From Xanthobacteraceae bacterium (lineage in GTDB: Bacteria > Pseudomonadota > Alphaproteobacteria > Rhizobiales > Xanthobacteraceae), in NCBI GenBank assembly GCA_035499475.1, contig DATJYT010000032.1, positions 1 through 43,434 on the forward strand: DNA of 43,434 bases. Reading direction: 5' to 3'. A model generated the notes under the pieces. That model ran no database searches. It was not told the origin of the DNA and worked only from the letters and a program-made list of their open reading frames with translations. A program made the translations under genes and the position numbers. Position 1 is the first letter of the stretch. Every line of letters starts with the position of its first letter. Shown in pieces: positions 1-8,438 of this stretch.

Positions 1-1403
1 TTGAGATCGTAGAGACAACCCCAGCATCCGCCGTCGCCGATACGGTCGACGTCGACCGCACGGCCGCGCCGGTGGCGCCGGCCGCGTCGGCCGCCACACC
101 ACCGCCGCCTCCTAAAGTCGAAACCGCGGCCCCGCCGGTTCGAAGCAACGAAGCTTCGGAACCGGCCGGCGCCAACCGCTCTCCCGTAGCCAAGCCGGCC
201 GCTACGACGACCCGCATCGAGCTCGAACGGATCGACCGCGTCGTGAACATGGTCGGCGAGTTGGTTATTGCCCAAGCGATGCTGGGGCAGATCGTTCAGG
301 ATCTACCGGAAGGCACCAGCGGCCGGCTATCGCAGATTCTCGATGAGGTCATTCATCACACGCGCGAGCTGAAAGACAGCGTCATGTCGATGCGCGCTCA
401 GCCTGTCGGTGCGGTCTTCCAGCGCATGCCCCGGCTGGTCCGCGAGCTTGCGACGAAGACCGGAAAGAAAGTCCGACTCGAAATGACCGGTGAGACCACC
501 GAAGTCGACAGGTCGATCATCGAACGTTTGGGCGATCCGCTGACGCACATCATCCGCAACTCGGTCGACCACGGAATCGAAGCACCCGCCGATCGGCTTG
601 CCGCCGGAAAGGGCGAGGAAGGGACAGTGCGCCTTGCCGCCGAGCATCGTGGAGGGCGGATCGTCATCGAGGTCATCGATGACGGAGCAGGGATCAATTC
701 AGAGCGTGTACTCAAAAAAGCGAGGGAAAAAGGTCTTGCCAGCCCGGACGCCGCTCTCAGCGAGGATGAGATCAACAACTTGATCATGCTGCCGGGATTT
801 TCGACGGCCGAGACTATCTCGGACATTTCGGGTCGCGGCGTCGGCATGGACGTTGTTCGCAGCAATATCCAGGAAATCGGCGGTCGAATCTCGCTCAAGT
901 CGGAACGTGGCCGAGGCATGACGATCCAACTGGCTCTGCCGCTGACGCTGGCGGTGATGGACGGCATGGTCATCAAAGTCGGCCGCGAAACCTACGTCAT
1001 GCCGCTCTCGGCGATTGTCGAGTGCCTGCGGCCAGCTCGCTCCGACATCAACAACCTGGTGGGTACGTGCGGCATGCTGAAGCTGCGCGGTGACCTTGTG
1101 CCGCTCGCAAACCTCAGCGATTTGTTGGACATTTCATCCACGGCCGCCGATTCGAGCGAAAGCGTCGTCATTATTGTCGACGCAGGAGAAGGCTCTCGCT
1201 TCGGTCTTGTTGTCGATGAGCTGTGCGGTCATCAGCAGGTCGTCATCAAAAGTATTGAGGAAAGCTACGGCTCCGTTCCGGGAATTGCGGCAGCCACCAT
1301 TCTCGGAAACGGTCGCGTCGCATTCATCCTCGACATCGAAAAGCTGTCCGAGCTTACGGTCACGGCGCCTGCCGGCGTCAGCCGTCAGAGAAACGCCGCA
1401 TAG
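1..1403 (+). CDS. cheA: Chemotaxis histidine kinase CheA, C-terminal part (5' end lies outside the window)
   Basis: Frame 3 is open from nt 3, so the listed start at 72 is not the true start. It shows a Pro/Ala-rich linker and a dimerisation region (RIELERIDRVVNMVGELVIAQ). HATPase boxes are present (HIIRNSVDHGIE, IDDGAGI, GRGVGMDVV). A C-terminal CheW-like domain follows (MDGMVIKVGRETYVMPL...GNGRVAFILD). Confidence 0.9.
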   Translation, partial: EIVETTPASAVADTVDVDRTAAPVAPAASAATPPPPPKVETAAPPVRSNEASEPAGANRSPVAKPAATTTRIELERIDRVVNMVGELVIAQAMLGQIVQDLPEGTSGRLSQILDEVIHHTRELKDSVMSMRAQPVGAVFQRMPRLVRELATKTGKKVRLEMTGETTEVDRSIIERLGDPLTHIIRNSVDHGIEAPADRLAAGKGEEGTVRLAAEHRGGRIVIEVIDDGAGINSERVLKKAREKGLASPDAALSEDEINNLIMLPGFSTAETISDISGRGVGMDVVRSNIQEIGGRISLKSERGRGMTIQLALPLTLAVMDGMVIKVGRETYVMPLSAIVECLRPARSDINNLVGTCGMLKLRGDLVPLANLSDLLDISSTAADSSESVVIIVDAGEGSRFGLVVDELCGHQQVVIKSIEESYGSVPGIAAATILGNGRVAFILDIEKLSELTVTAPAGVSRQRNAA

Positions 1404-1485
1404 CCGTCAGGGTCGCCGTGATGGATGTCGTTCAAGAGATGATCCTGCAAGTGGGTAGATGGAGTGTTGATCGGGAGTAACAATA

Positions 1486-1875
1486 ATGCCAAATGCAGTA
1501 GCTCTTAAGGTTCTTGTTGTGGACGATCAGAACAGCGTGCGGCAAATGACCCGCATGACGCTGGAACAGATCGGGATACGGTATATCCACGAAGCCGAGA
1601 ACGGCGTTCGGGCGATGGAGATTGCTTCTCTCCAGCCGCTCGATTTGATCATCTCGGATTTCAATATGCCGGAGATGGACGGTTTAGGTTTGTTGCGCGC
1701 GGTGCGAGGACATCCCGCGGTGCGCAAGGTTCCGTTTATCCTGCTGACCGGGCGCGGCGATCGCGAGCTCGTCGTCAAGGCGGCCCAGGCCGGCGTCAAC
1801 AACTATCTGGTCAAGCCATTCACCGCGGCAATTCTGCGCGAAAAGGTCGAGCAGGTGATGGGGAAATTGTCGTGA
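1486..1875 (+). CDS. cheY: CheY-like single-domain response regulator
   Basis: 129 aa receiver domain with VLVVDD, acceptor Asp context LIISDFNMPEMDG, LLTG and VKPF. A GGGAG lies about 8 nt upstream of the ATG. The gene sits directly downstream of cheA. Confidence 0.85.
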   Translation: MPNAVALKVLVVDDQNSVRQMTRMTLEQIGIRYIHEAENGVRAMEIASLQPLDLIISDFNMPEMDGLGLLRAVRGHPAVRKVPFILLTGRGDRELVVKAAQAGVNNYLVKPFTAAILREKVEQVMGKLS

Positions 1876-1921
1876 CGGATGAGAGGGTGAAACCGGCAGC
1901 GACAAATTTTTTGTAGGGTAA

Positions 1922-2341
1922 GTGGTCGTGACTGCACAGGTGTCTGCGGACGACGTTGGAGCGTTTCTCGCGGTATTCGGTGCGCTGCTGCTGGATAACG
2001 TCCTGCGCTTCGAAGAGACGGTCAGCCGGGTAACGGATCTCATCATAGGCAGCGGCCGCCCGGACCGGGAATTGGTCGTAGCGCTCCAGGGGTTTGATCG
2101 GTTGAAGCAGGAGTTCGAGGCGCTCGGTGACGCGCTTACGCGCTATGCGAATTCGACGAACGATATGCCGTTGACCGGCGAGGAACGCCAGCAACTCGGA
2201 CGGGAGGTCATCGCCTCGATCACCATCGCCGAACTCAAGGATCGGATGCTGGATCGCCTCCGGGACGAGTTGCCAAGCATCGAGGCGCCGAAGATCGCGG
2301 AAACCGTCATCGGAGAAGTGGGCGTTGATGTGGTTTTCTAG
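1922..2341 (+). CDS. Hypothetical protein (139 aa)
   Basis: This is the only protein-like reading of the interval; the overlapping minus-strand ORF 1820-2458 is Arg-rich antisense-type sequence. The start is uncertain (GTG at 1922, 1928 or 1940). No family recognised. Confidence 0.5.
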   Translation: MVVTAQVSADDVGAFLAVFGALLLDNVLRFEETVSRVTDLIIGSGRPDRELVVALQGFDRLKQEFEALGDALTRYANSTNDMPLTGEERQQLGREVIASITIAELKDRMLDRLRDELPSIEAPKIAETVIGEVGVDVVF

Positions 2342-2448
2342 AGACCGTTGCGCGCGGGTGCCATGCGGCGGGGCGGGGGACCTGCCGGACGGAGACGGTG
2401 CTCGTCCGTCATTCTGCGAGGGAATCTCTCGGCAAGAATGGAAAATCA

Positions 2449-3549
2449 ATGACAGCACAAATCTCTCTTATCAATGAGCTAGAAGAGGCGCTCTCGCAAG
2501 GATCCGCCGAACGGCGGACCAAGACGCTTCGCCGCGTTACCGATCTCTTCGCCTTCGGATGGAGCCATTTTTCCACCGATCACATCGCGGTGTTTGAAGG
2601 CGTTTTCAATCATCTTATTGCCGACATTGAGAAGTCCGCCAGGATCGAGCTTGCCGTTCGGCTGGCAGCGATTCCGAAAGCGCCGCCGAAAGTGATGCGG
2701 CTCCTGGCATCCGACGATTCGATCGAGGTGGCGTCTCCGGTTCTGGCGCTATCGGATTCGCTCGACAACGTCGCGCTGGTGGAAACCGCCAACACCAAGA
2801 GTCAGCAGCACTTGCTGGCGATCACCGAGCGGAAGGTCATTGCCGAAGTGGTCACCGATGTCCTTGTTGAGCGCGGCGATAGAGCTGTGGCGCTGAAGGT
2901 GGCACGCAACTCCGGCGCCAAGTTTTCGGAGATCGGCTATGTCAGACTCGTCAAACGCGCTGATCGGGATGACGAACTCGCGCAGTCCGTCGGTGCCCGG
3001 GCCGAAATTCCGCGCCACCATTTCCTTAAGCTTCTGAGCACGGCCTCAAAAGCCGTCCGCCTGGCGCTTGAGGCCGCCCACCCGGAACACGCAAGCGAGG
3101 TCCAGCGCGTCGTGGCCGATGTCGCGAGTTCGATTCAGTCGAAGGCGGCAACCACGTCTCGGGACTATGTGGCGGCACTGAAGCTGGTCGAATCCATGCA
3201 CGCCGCAGGGCAACTCGGCGAGGGTGACGTCGTGGCGTTCGCACGAGCCGGCAAGTTCGAGGAGACGGCCGCCGCAATCGCGACGCTATCGGCTCTGCCC
3301 GTCGATGTCATCGAGCGTGCCATGGTGCAGGATCGTCAGGAGACGATCTTGATCGTGATCAAGGCGATCGGATTGTCGTGGACCGCCGCGAAGGCGGTTT
3401 TGCTCCTTCGCAACGGTAGGGGCACCATGTCGGAGAACATGCTCCGGCAATCGCTCGAAGTTTTCAATCGGCTGAAACGCGAGACAGCACGGCAAGTCGT
3501 AGAGTTTCAGCAGAAGCGTCAGGCAGTCGTGTCGTCCCCGGCTGGCTGA
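2449..3549 (+). CDS. DUF2336 domain-containing protein
   Basis: The N-terminus LINELEEALSQGSAERRTKTLRRVTDLF and the helical-repeat body (LASDDSIEVASPVLALSDSL...) match my memory of the alphaproteobacterial DUF2336 family. I chose the ATG at 2449 over the upstream alternative start at 2398. Confidence 0.7.
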   Translation: MTAQISLINELEEALSQGSAERRTKTLRRVTDLFAFGWSHFSTDHIAVFEGVFNHLIADIEKSARIELAVRLAAIPKAPPKVMRLLASDDSIEVASPVLALSDSLDNVALVETANTKSQQHLLAITERKVIAEVVTDVLVERGDRAVALKVARNSGAKFSEIGYVRLVKRADRDDELAQSVGARAEIPRHHFLKLLSTASKAVRLALEAAHPEHASEVQRVVADVASSIQSKAATTSRDYVAALKLVESMHAAGQLGEGDVVAFARAGKFEETAAAIATLSALPVDVIERAMVQDRQETILIVIKAIGLSWTAAKAVLLLRNGRGTMSENMLRQSLEVFNRLKRETARQVVEFQQKRQAVVSSPAG

Positions 3550-3620
3550 GAGACATCGAGTTTGCTCGCGATGGCCGACCGCATTTCGGCTCCCCGATAT
3601 GCGTGATTGACGCAAAGATC

Positions 3621-4130
3621 CTACTTGACGGTGCGATCTGCTGCGCTATTCGCAAACTCGACCACGCGCCGAAGACCATTGGTCATTTCGGGTAGCTGTT
3701 CCGGCGTCAGGTTGCGGTACGGTTCTGTTTTGACGAGAAAAAGCGAATCGAGGTGACAATTCATGACGTCGCGGTCATAGGCGATGCCGCGGTCGATCAC
3801 GTCGAGGACCTCGCAAAAGTTGCCGGCGATGAATGAGATCATCTCATATCCCATCGTCCCGCCGACATCGCGCAATCGGGAGCTGGTGCGATAGGCGCGC
3901 TTATGCCAGGACGGATCGAAAGAGCTGCCCTCGGCCCCCCGAACCGCCGCGCTCAATTCCTGTAGTTCGGTGTCGAGCCAAATGACGAACTCCGGCTTTA
4001 GTTCGTCGATGAATTTTTCTGCGCGCTTGACGGCGACGTCACGCGGTACGCCGCCCGGACGCTTGGCCATTTTCTGGAAGCGGGTATCGATCGCGAAAAT
4101 GCGGGCGGTGTTCTTGATCGGCTCGACCAT
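3621..4130 (-). CDS. Hypothetical helical protein, possibly Hpt-like, translationally coupled to the upstream response regulator
   Basis: 169 aa. Its ATG overlaps the stop of the regulator gene at 4130 (ATGA). The segment SSRLRDVGGTMGYEMISFIAGNFCEVLD resembles the Hpt H-x-LKG...G...LE helix but has no His at the expected position. Confidence 0.55.
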   Translation of the reverse strand: MVEPIKNTARIFAIDTRFQKMAKRPGGVPRDVAVKRAEKFIDELKPEFVIWLDTELQELSAAVRGAEGSSFDPSWHKRAYRTSSRLRDVGGTMGYEMISFIAGNFCEVLDVIDRGIAYDRDVMNCHLDSLFLVKTEPYRNLTPEQLPEMTNGLRRVVEFANSAADRTVK

Positions 4131-4732
4131 CAGGATTGTCCGGTACGGGTGGCGCTGAAAAGGCTGTCGATGTCGTCTTGGGCGAGAGTCGGCCCGACCG
4201 GTTCGGCGACATCGAGGACGTTGTCGCCTTTGCGGCGGCCCACTCCGTTGGGATAGCCCTCGATCTTGAATCGCCGGTCCGGACCGAAATAGGTGGCCGT
4301 GTCGACAAACTTACGCGGCGTGAACGCTATCCAAGCGAGCCGATCATAGAGGCTCTTTGCGGAAATCGGTTTCGCAACGACCATGTTTGCGCCGGCATCG
4401 CGCGCGCTCTTGATCGTGGTCTCGCGCCCATCGCCGGACATGATCAGGATAGGCATGGTGCGGTTTTCATTGCTTTCCGTACGGCGGATGTTCTCGGTGA
4501 TCTTGAGGCCGCCGATCGGGGGGAACCGCATGTCGCAAAGGAGAATGTCGATCTTCTGACCGGTCAATGTTTGAAGCAGGCTCGGCAACCCATCGACCTC
4601 GAGCAACTTGTTCGCGCCAAAGCCGCGCAGCATTCCGAAGATCAGCTTGCGCAAATACGGATTCGGATCGGCGACGAGGATGACCAAGTCACCAAGGTTG
4701 ATCGTCCGCTCCTTTATGGCGAGATTCGTCAT
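4130..4732 (-). CDS. Response regulator: receiver domain plus Arg-rich C-terminal extension, no recognisable output domain
   Basis: Receiver motifs are LVILVAD, DILLCDMRFPP (acceptor Asp), ILIMSG and VVAKP. The ~75 aa tail contains YFGPDRRF and GVGRRKGD. I chose the internal ATG at 4732 (MTNLAIKE...); the listed ORF extends to 4858 through non-protein-like sequence. Confidence 0.8.
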   Translation of the reverse strand: MTNLAIKERTINLGDLVILVADPNPYLRKLIFGMLRGFGANKLLEVDGLPSLLQTLTGQKIDILLCDMRFPPIGGLKITENIRRTESNENRTMPILIMSGDGRETTIKSARDAGANMVVAKPISAKSLYDRLAWIAFTPRKFVDTATYFGPDRRFKIEGYPNGVGRRKGDNVLDVAEPVGPTLAQDDIDSLFSATRTGQS

Positions 4733-5537
4733 TCCGGCGGCCAAGAATGCGCAACACATCGCGCGGATGTCGCAACGAGCGATGCTGTTTGATGTCGAGT
4801 ACCGATCGAGCGGCCACGGTCCGATAACCATGCAAATCGGCCGCGATGCGGCGCGCAATGAGGGCGTATTCGCTCGACGCCGACAAGCTTTTTACGGTCG
4901 AACATTTATGAACCGTCTGCGACTGTCGCGGTGTCGTTGAAATTGTTTGATTTGCGATAAATCGAGGTTAATCGGGAACGCATCCCATATCTGCAAAGTA
5001 GGATAACAAAGTAGCTGGGAGCGCTTAGGGGCGGCGCGTTGCATTGGGCCGCGCTAAGCATGCGATCCAGATATGACGCTCTTCGCCAATCGGAGTCGTA
5101 CATTGGGGATGCTGGAGCCGGTCCCGCTGGATTCAAGCGGAGGTCTGCATCCCAAGGTGCGGGAGGGAATATCAGGCAATCAAGCGGTGTTATTCCACAC
5201 GGCGGGATTAGCGATATGCAGCCCCAATCCTTTGGTCGCTTCGAGAGCCGTGGCTTTCGCGGCGGATCACTTGCGTGTGTTCGCGCCGACCGGATCGTTC
5301 CTCATCAGAAAATATTATTCTGTGTTATTAACGTGGGCATTCGTTTTACTTTTTGCATTGGGCTTGATTCTCAATCAGCATGCTCTAAGTGCGAATCGAG
5401 CTTGAAGTTGTATATTTATTTTTTTGCTACCGTCAGTAGATTATGCGGACCGCGACTTGTCGCGGAGCTTTCGACATCGATGCCCGTCGAATTCGAACAT
5501 AGAGAATAATCACGGGAGAGATTGAGGGAGACTGAAT

Positions 5538-6374
5538 TTGACTAGCTTTGCGCGGGTTCGAGCGGCCGCCCCGAAGGCGCCCACTACTGACATTCGAAGC
5601 GATGCGGCTCGGCAACCCTCAGCGTGTAGCGCGTGCCCAGCGTCCTTTTGCTGTTGGGCCTTTGAGTTGGGTTTGTGTGAGGGGGAGATTGCCCCGTCGA
5701 ATTCGGCTGCCGATCACGATTTCGACCATCGTTCGATCATACAGACGATCCCCGCTCGGCGCACAATCTGTCATCCGAACGAATGGTCTGAATACATATC
5801 GATCATCTGCAGCGGTTGGGCCACATCCTCGATCGCATTGCCGGACGGCCGCAGGCAAATTCTGTCGTTCCTGCTGCCCGGGGATATCGCTTCGCTGGCC
5901 GGTCTATTCGAACCGGTGTGCGGTCCACTCATCGAAGCCGTGACGGACGTGAGCTGCCGGACCTTCAAACGCGGAGAGCTGAAATCCGTCCTGCTCAGCC
6001 GTCAGGACCTCCTCGAAAAGATGACGAGGAATTTGCTCGAGGAGAAGAAGCAGGCCGACGAACTGGCGGTTGATCTCGGCCGCCGCACGGCGGAAGAGCG
6101 GCTGTCGCGGCTGATCCTGAAGCTTCAGGAACGGCTCGCCAAACGCGGCATGGTGCGGAACCAGAGTTTTGAGTTCCCACTACGCCAATGGCAAATCGCA
6201 GATGCGACGGGATTGACTCCAGTCCACGTCAGCAAAGTGCTGGGTGAGCTGCAGCGAGCCAAGCTGATCGAGATCAAAGAGCGATGGCTTACGATCCTCG
6301 ATCTGCCGGAACTGCGGCGGGTGGCCGACAGATGCGTCATCAAGGTCCATTTTTCCGGGCCGCGGACCGGTTAG
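5538..6374 (+). CDS. CRP/FNR-family transcriptional regulator with FNR-type cysteine cluster
   Basis: TTG start preceded by GAGGGAG. The N-terminal CSACPASFCC gives C-x2-C-x5-C. A central Cys lies in EAVTDVSCRTF (compare E. coli FNR ...MVCEIPF). A cNMP-binding-like beta-roll (LPDGRRQILSFLLPGD) and a C-terminal HTH (IADATGLTPVHVSKVLGEL) are present. Confidence 0.8.
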   Translation: MTSFARVRAAAPKAPTTDIRSDAARQPSACSACPASFCCWAFELGLCEGEIAPSNSAADHDFDHRSIIQTIPARRTICHPNEWSEYISIICSGWATSSIALPDGRRQILSFLLPGDIASLAGLFEPVCGPLIEAVTDVSCRTFKRGELKSVLLSRQDLLEKMTRNLLEEKKQADELAVDLGRRTAEERLSRLILKLQERLAKRGMVRNQSFEFPLRQWQIADATGLTPVHVSKVLGELQRAKLIEIKERWLTILDLPELRRVADRCVIKVHFSGPRTG

Positions 6375-7153
6375 CGTAGTCCGGCCTGACGAAGCCATCG
6401 GGCCTCTTACGCCGCAACAGGATGTCCGGCGCAAGGGGCGGCCCGATTGCCGTCCATGGAATGCGGGCTTTCAAACACGGCAAGCTTCGGGCGTTCGAGA
6501 CCGGCATCCCTCGGCAACACCTCGAGATGATCGAGACTATTGCGCCCGAAGATTCGCTTCTCGCATTCCGACTGCCGAATTTCGGCGCTCCTCGAGTTGA
6601 GGACGAATGCCACATCGCATGAAGAAACAAACCCGCCGAACGCTTGATATCGACGAAGACGTGATAGCGCCGCTCAGTTTCGAGCCGCGACAAAGCATCG
6701 GCAAAAACGATTCGCAATCGGCGCGGCGCCGTTCATTTGTTCGGACCCACGATACAAGAAGGGGCCCCGGCAACCGCAATTGCCAGTACGCAGCCTTTGA
6801 GCAAAAGCCGGGGCCACTCCACATGTTGCGCCCACAACGACGCCCGACTGATGTTGATCGAATTGCCTTAAGCAAGAATAAAGCACGAAGGGCCAAATAT
6901 TATGCGAGTAATGGCAATGTATATTGTCGAATTATGTTGCGCCTTATCGAAATAGGTTCTTTGCAAAGTGACAGGGCAGCACAACCGCGCATCCGCAATT
7001 CCGATTAGAGAGGCGCAACCTGGCGCCTGAGTTCCGCCAAAGTGTTTTGTGGAGACGCGAAACAGGGTCTGATCAAGCTCGACCAAAATGTCCCACTTTT
7101 TCCGGAATAAAATAGCCGGCCTCATTGTAGGCGTTTGAAAAAACTTTTGGTGG

Positions 7154-7229
7154 TGGTGCCCAGGGGCGGAATTGAACCACCGACACCTGCATTTTCAGTG
7201 CAGTGCTCTACCAACTGAGCTACCTGGGC
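7154..7229 (-). tRNA. tRNA-Phe (anticodon GAA)
   Basis: The reverse complement reads GCCCAGGTAGCTCAGTTGGTAGAGCACTGCACTGAAAATGCAGGTGTCGGTGGTTCAATTCCGCCCCTGGGCACCA. It forms a 7-bp acceptor stem, an anticodon stem CTGCA/TGCAG, a loop CTGAAAA, and carries a GGTTCAATTCC T-arm and an encoded CCA. Confidence 0.95.
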
Positions 7230-7279
7230 CCATTGCGGGCGCTCGCGGAACGCCCGTTGGGGTCCCGCGAGAGCGCCGT

Positions 7280-7308
7280 TTTATAAAGGCTCGATTTCGG
7301 ACTGTCCA
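7280..7308 (-). promoter_or_regulatory. Candidate sigma70-type promoter for tRNA-Phe
   Basis: The minus strand reads TGGACA (7303-7308), a 17-nt spacer, then TATAAA (7280-7285). It lies about 50 nt upstream of the mature tRNA 5' end. Confidence 0.35.
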
Positions 7309-7326
7309 GGATTGGACGTCAACAGG

Positions 7327-7518
7327 TCAATCGAGCGTCGCGCCGTCGTCGCGCCGCTCATCCTCTTCTTCGTCGTCCGTCGCCGCAATCGCGTAGGAGC
7401 CAGTGAGCCAGCGGTGCAAGTCGACGTCGGCACAGCGCCGCGAGCAGAACGGCTTGACGTGCTGCTCGGCGGGCTTGCCGCAAATCGGGCATTTGCCGCG
7501 GCTTGTGCTTTCAACCAT
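7327..7518 (-). CDS. yacG: DNA gyrase inhibitor YacG (zinc-finger protein)
   Basis: Contains CPICGKP...[17 protein letters not shown] and an acidic tail. I chose the internal ATG at 7518 (MVESTSRGK...). Confidence 0.85.
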   Translation of the reverse strand: MVESTSRGKCPICGKPAEQHVKPFCSRRCADVDLHRWLTGSYAIAATDDEEEDERRDDGATLD

Positions 7519-7555
7519 GCACCAAATATGGGCCGCCGGCGCCGCCGCGCCAAGC

Positions 7556-8179
7556 TCACACGGCATTAAGCCAGCCGAAATGGATCGGATAGCCCTCGCC
7601 GCCAAGGAGCGTCACGGTTTCGTAGAGCGGCAGGCCGACAATGTTGGAATAGGAACCGACGATCTTGACCAAAAAGGTTCCGGCGATCCCCTGCGCCGCA
7701 TAACCGCCGGCTTTGCCGCGCCATTCGCCGGACGCCAGATAGGCTTCGATGTCTTCGTCGGAAAGCCGCTTGAAGCGCACGCGCGTTTCGACGTGGCGCT
7801 GCCGGAACGTCTCCTTCGGCGTCACCAGGCACACGCCGGTATGGACGCGGTGATTGCGGCCGGACAGGAGCCGCAGGCATTGCGCTGCCTCGTCGAGCAT
7901 CTCCGCCTTCGGCAGGATGCGCCGGCCGACGGCGACGACGGTATCGGCGGCAAGGATGTAGGAGCCTTTGAGCTCCTCGTCGATGCGGATCATGTTGAGC
8001 GCCGCTTCGGCCTTGCCGCGGGCGAGACGCGTGGCGCAGGCGCGCGGCAGCTCACCGCGCTTCGGCGTCTCGTCGATGTCGGCCGGGCGCAGTGCGTCAG
8101 GCTCGATGCCGGCCTGATTGACCAAAGCGAGCCGGCGCGGCGAGCCGGACGCGAGCACGAATTTGGGACGACCGATCAC
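7556..8179 (-). CDS. maf: Maf-like nucleoside triphosphate pyrophosphatase
   Basis: Carries [28 protein letters not shown] and VGLPL. GTG start. Confidence 0.9.
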   Translation of the reverse strand: MIGRPKFVLASGSPRRLALVNQAGIEPDALRPADIDETPKRGELPRACATRLARGKAEAALNMIRIDEELKGSYILAADTVVAVGRRILPKAEMLDEAAQCLRLLSGRNHRVHTGVCLVTPKETFRQRHVETRVRFKRLSDEDIEAYLASGEWRGKAGGYAAQGIAGTFLVKIVGSYSNIVGLPLYETVTLLGGEGYPIHFGWLNAV

Positions 8180-8219
8180 TTCAGCGCGCTCTTGTCGTCA
8201 ATTGATCCCGTGGGCGATA

Positions 8220-8438
8220 TTACTTGAAGCGGTAGGTGATGCGACCCTTGGTCAAGTCGTACGGCGTCATTTCCACCAGCACCTTGTCGCCCGCGAGCAC
8301 GCGGATGCGGTTCTTGCGCATGCGTCCGGCGGTGTGGGCGATGATTTCATGTTCATTCTCAAGCTTGACGCGGAAGGTGGCGTTCGGAAGCAGTTCCGTC
8401 ACGACACCGGGAAATTCCAGAAGCTCTTCCTTCGCCAT
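8220..8438 (-). CDS. infA: Translation initiation factor IF-1
   Basis: 72 aa reading [72 protein letters not shown], a canonical IF-1 sequence. Confidence 0.97.
   Translation of the reverse strand: MAKEELLEFPGVVTELLPNATFRVKLENEHEIIAHTAGRMRKNRIRVLAGDKVLVEMTPYDLTKGRITYRFK

Noticed and set aside
1820-2458. 212-aa minus-strand ORF overlapping the 139-aa plus-strand gene.
   Set aside because: Its composition is Arg-rich and antisense-like, and it would run head-on into cheY and the DUF2336 gene. The plus-strand reading is more protein-like.
4947-4960. FNR / FixK-box-like sequence TTGATTTGCGATAA upstream of the FNR-like gene.
   Set aside because: Only the left half-site matches. The right half (GATAA) fails the ATCAA consensus.
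5027-5034. AGGGGCGG, matching 8 nt of the tRNA-Phe 3' region; considered as a possible att repeat delimiting an island.
   Set aside because: An 8-nt match in GC-rich DNA is expected by chance. No integrase gene is present and there is no longer repeat.
5364-5377. TTGATTCTCAATCA, which resembles TTGA-N6-TCAA.
   Set aside because: The spacing is N7 rather than N6, so the half-sites are out of register.
5039-5509. Plus-strand ORFs 5039-5509 and 5073-5405 in the long spacer.
   Set aside because: They have only moderate GC3, no RBS and no recognisable family, and they mutually overlap. The region is treated as non-coding pending homology evidence.
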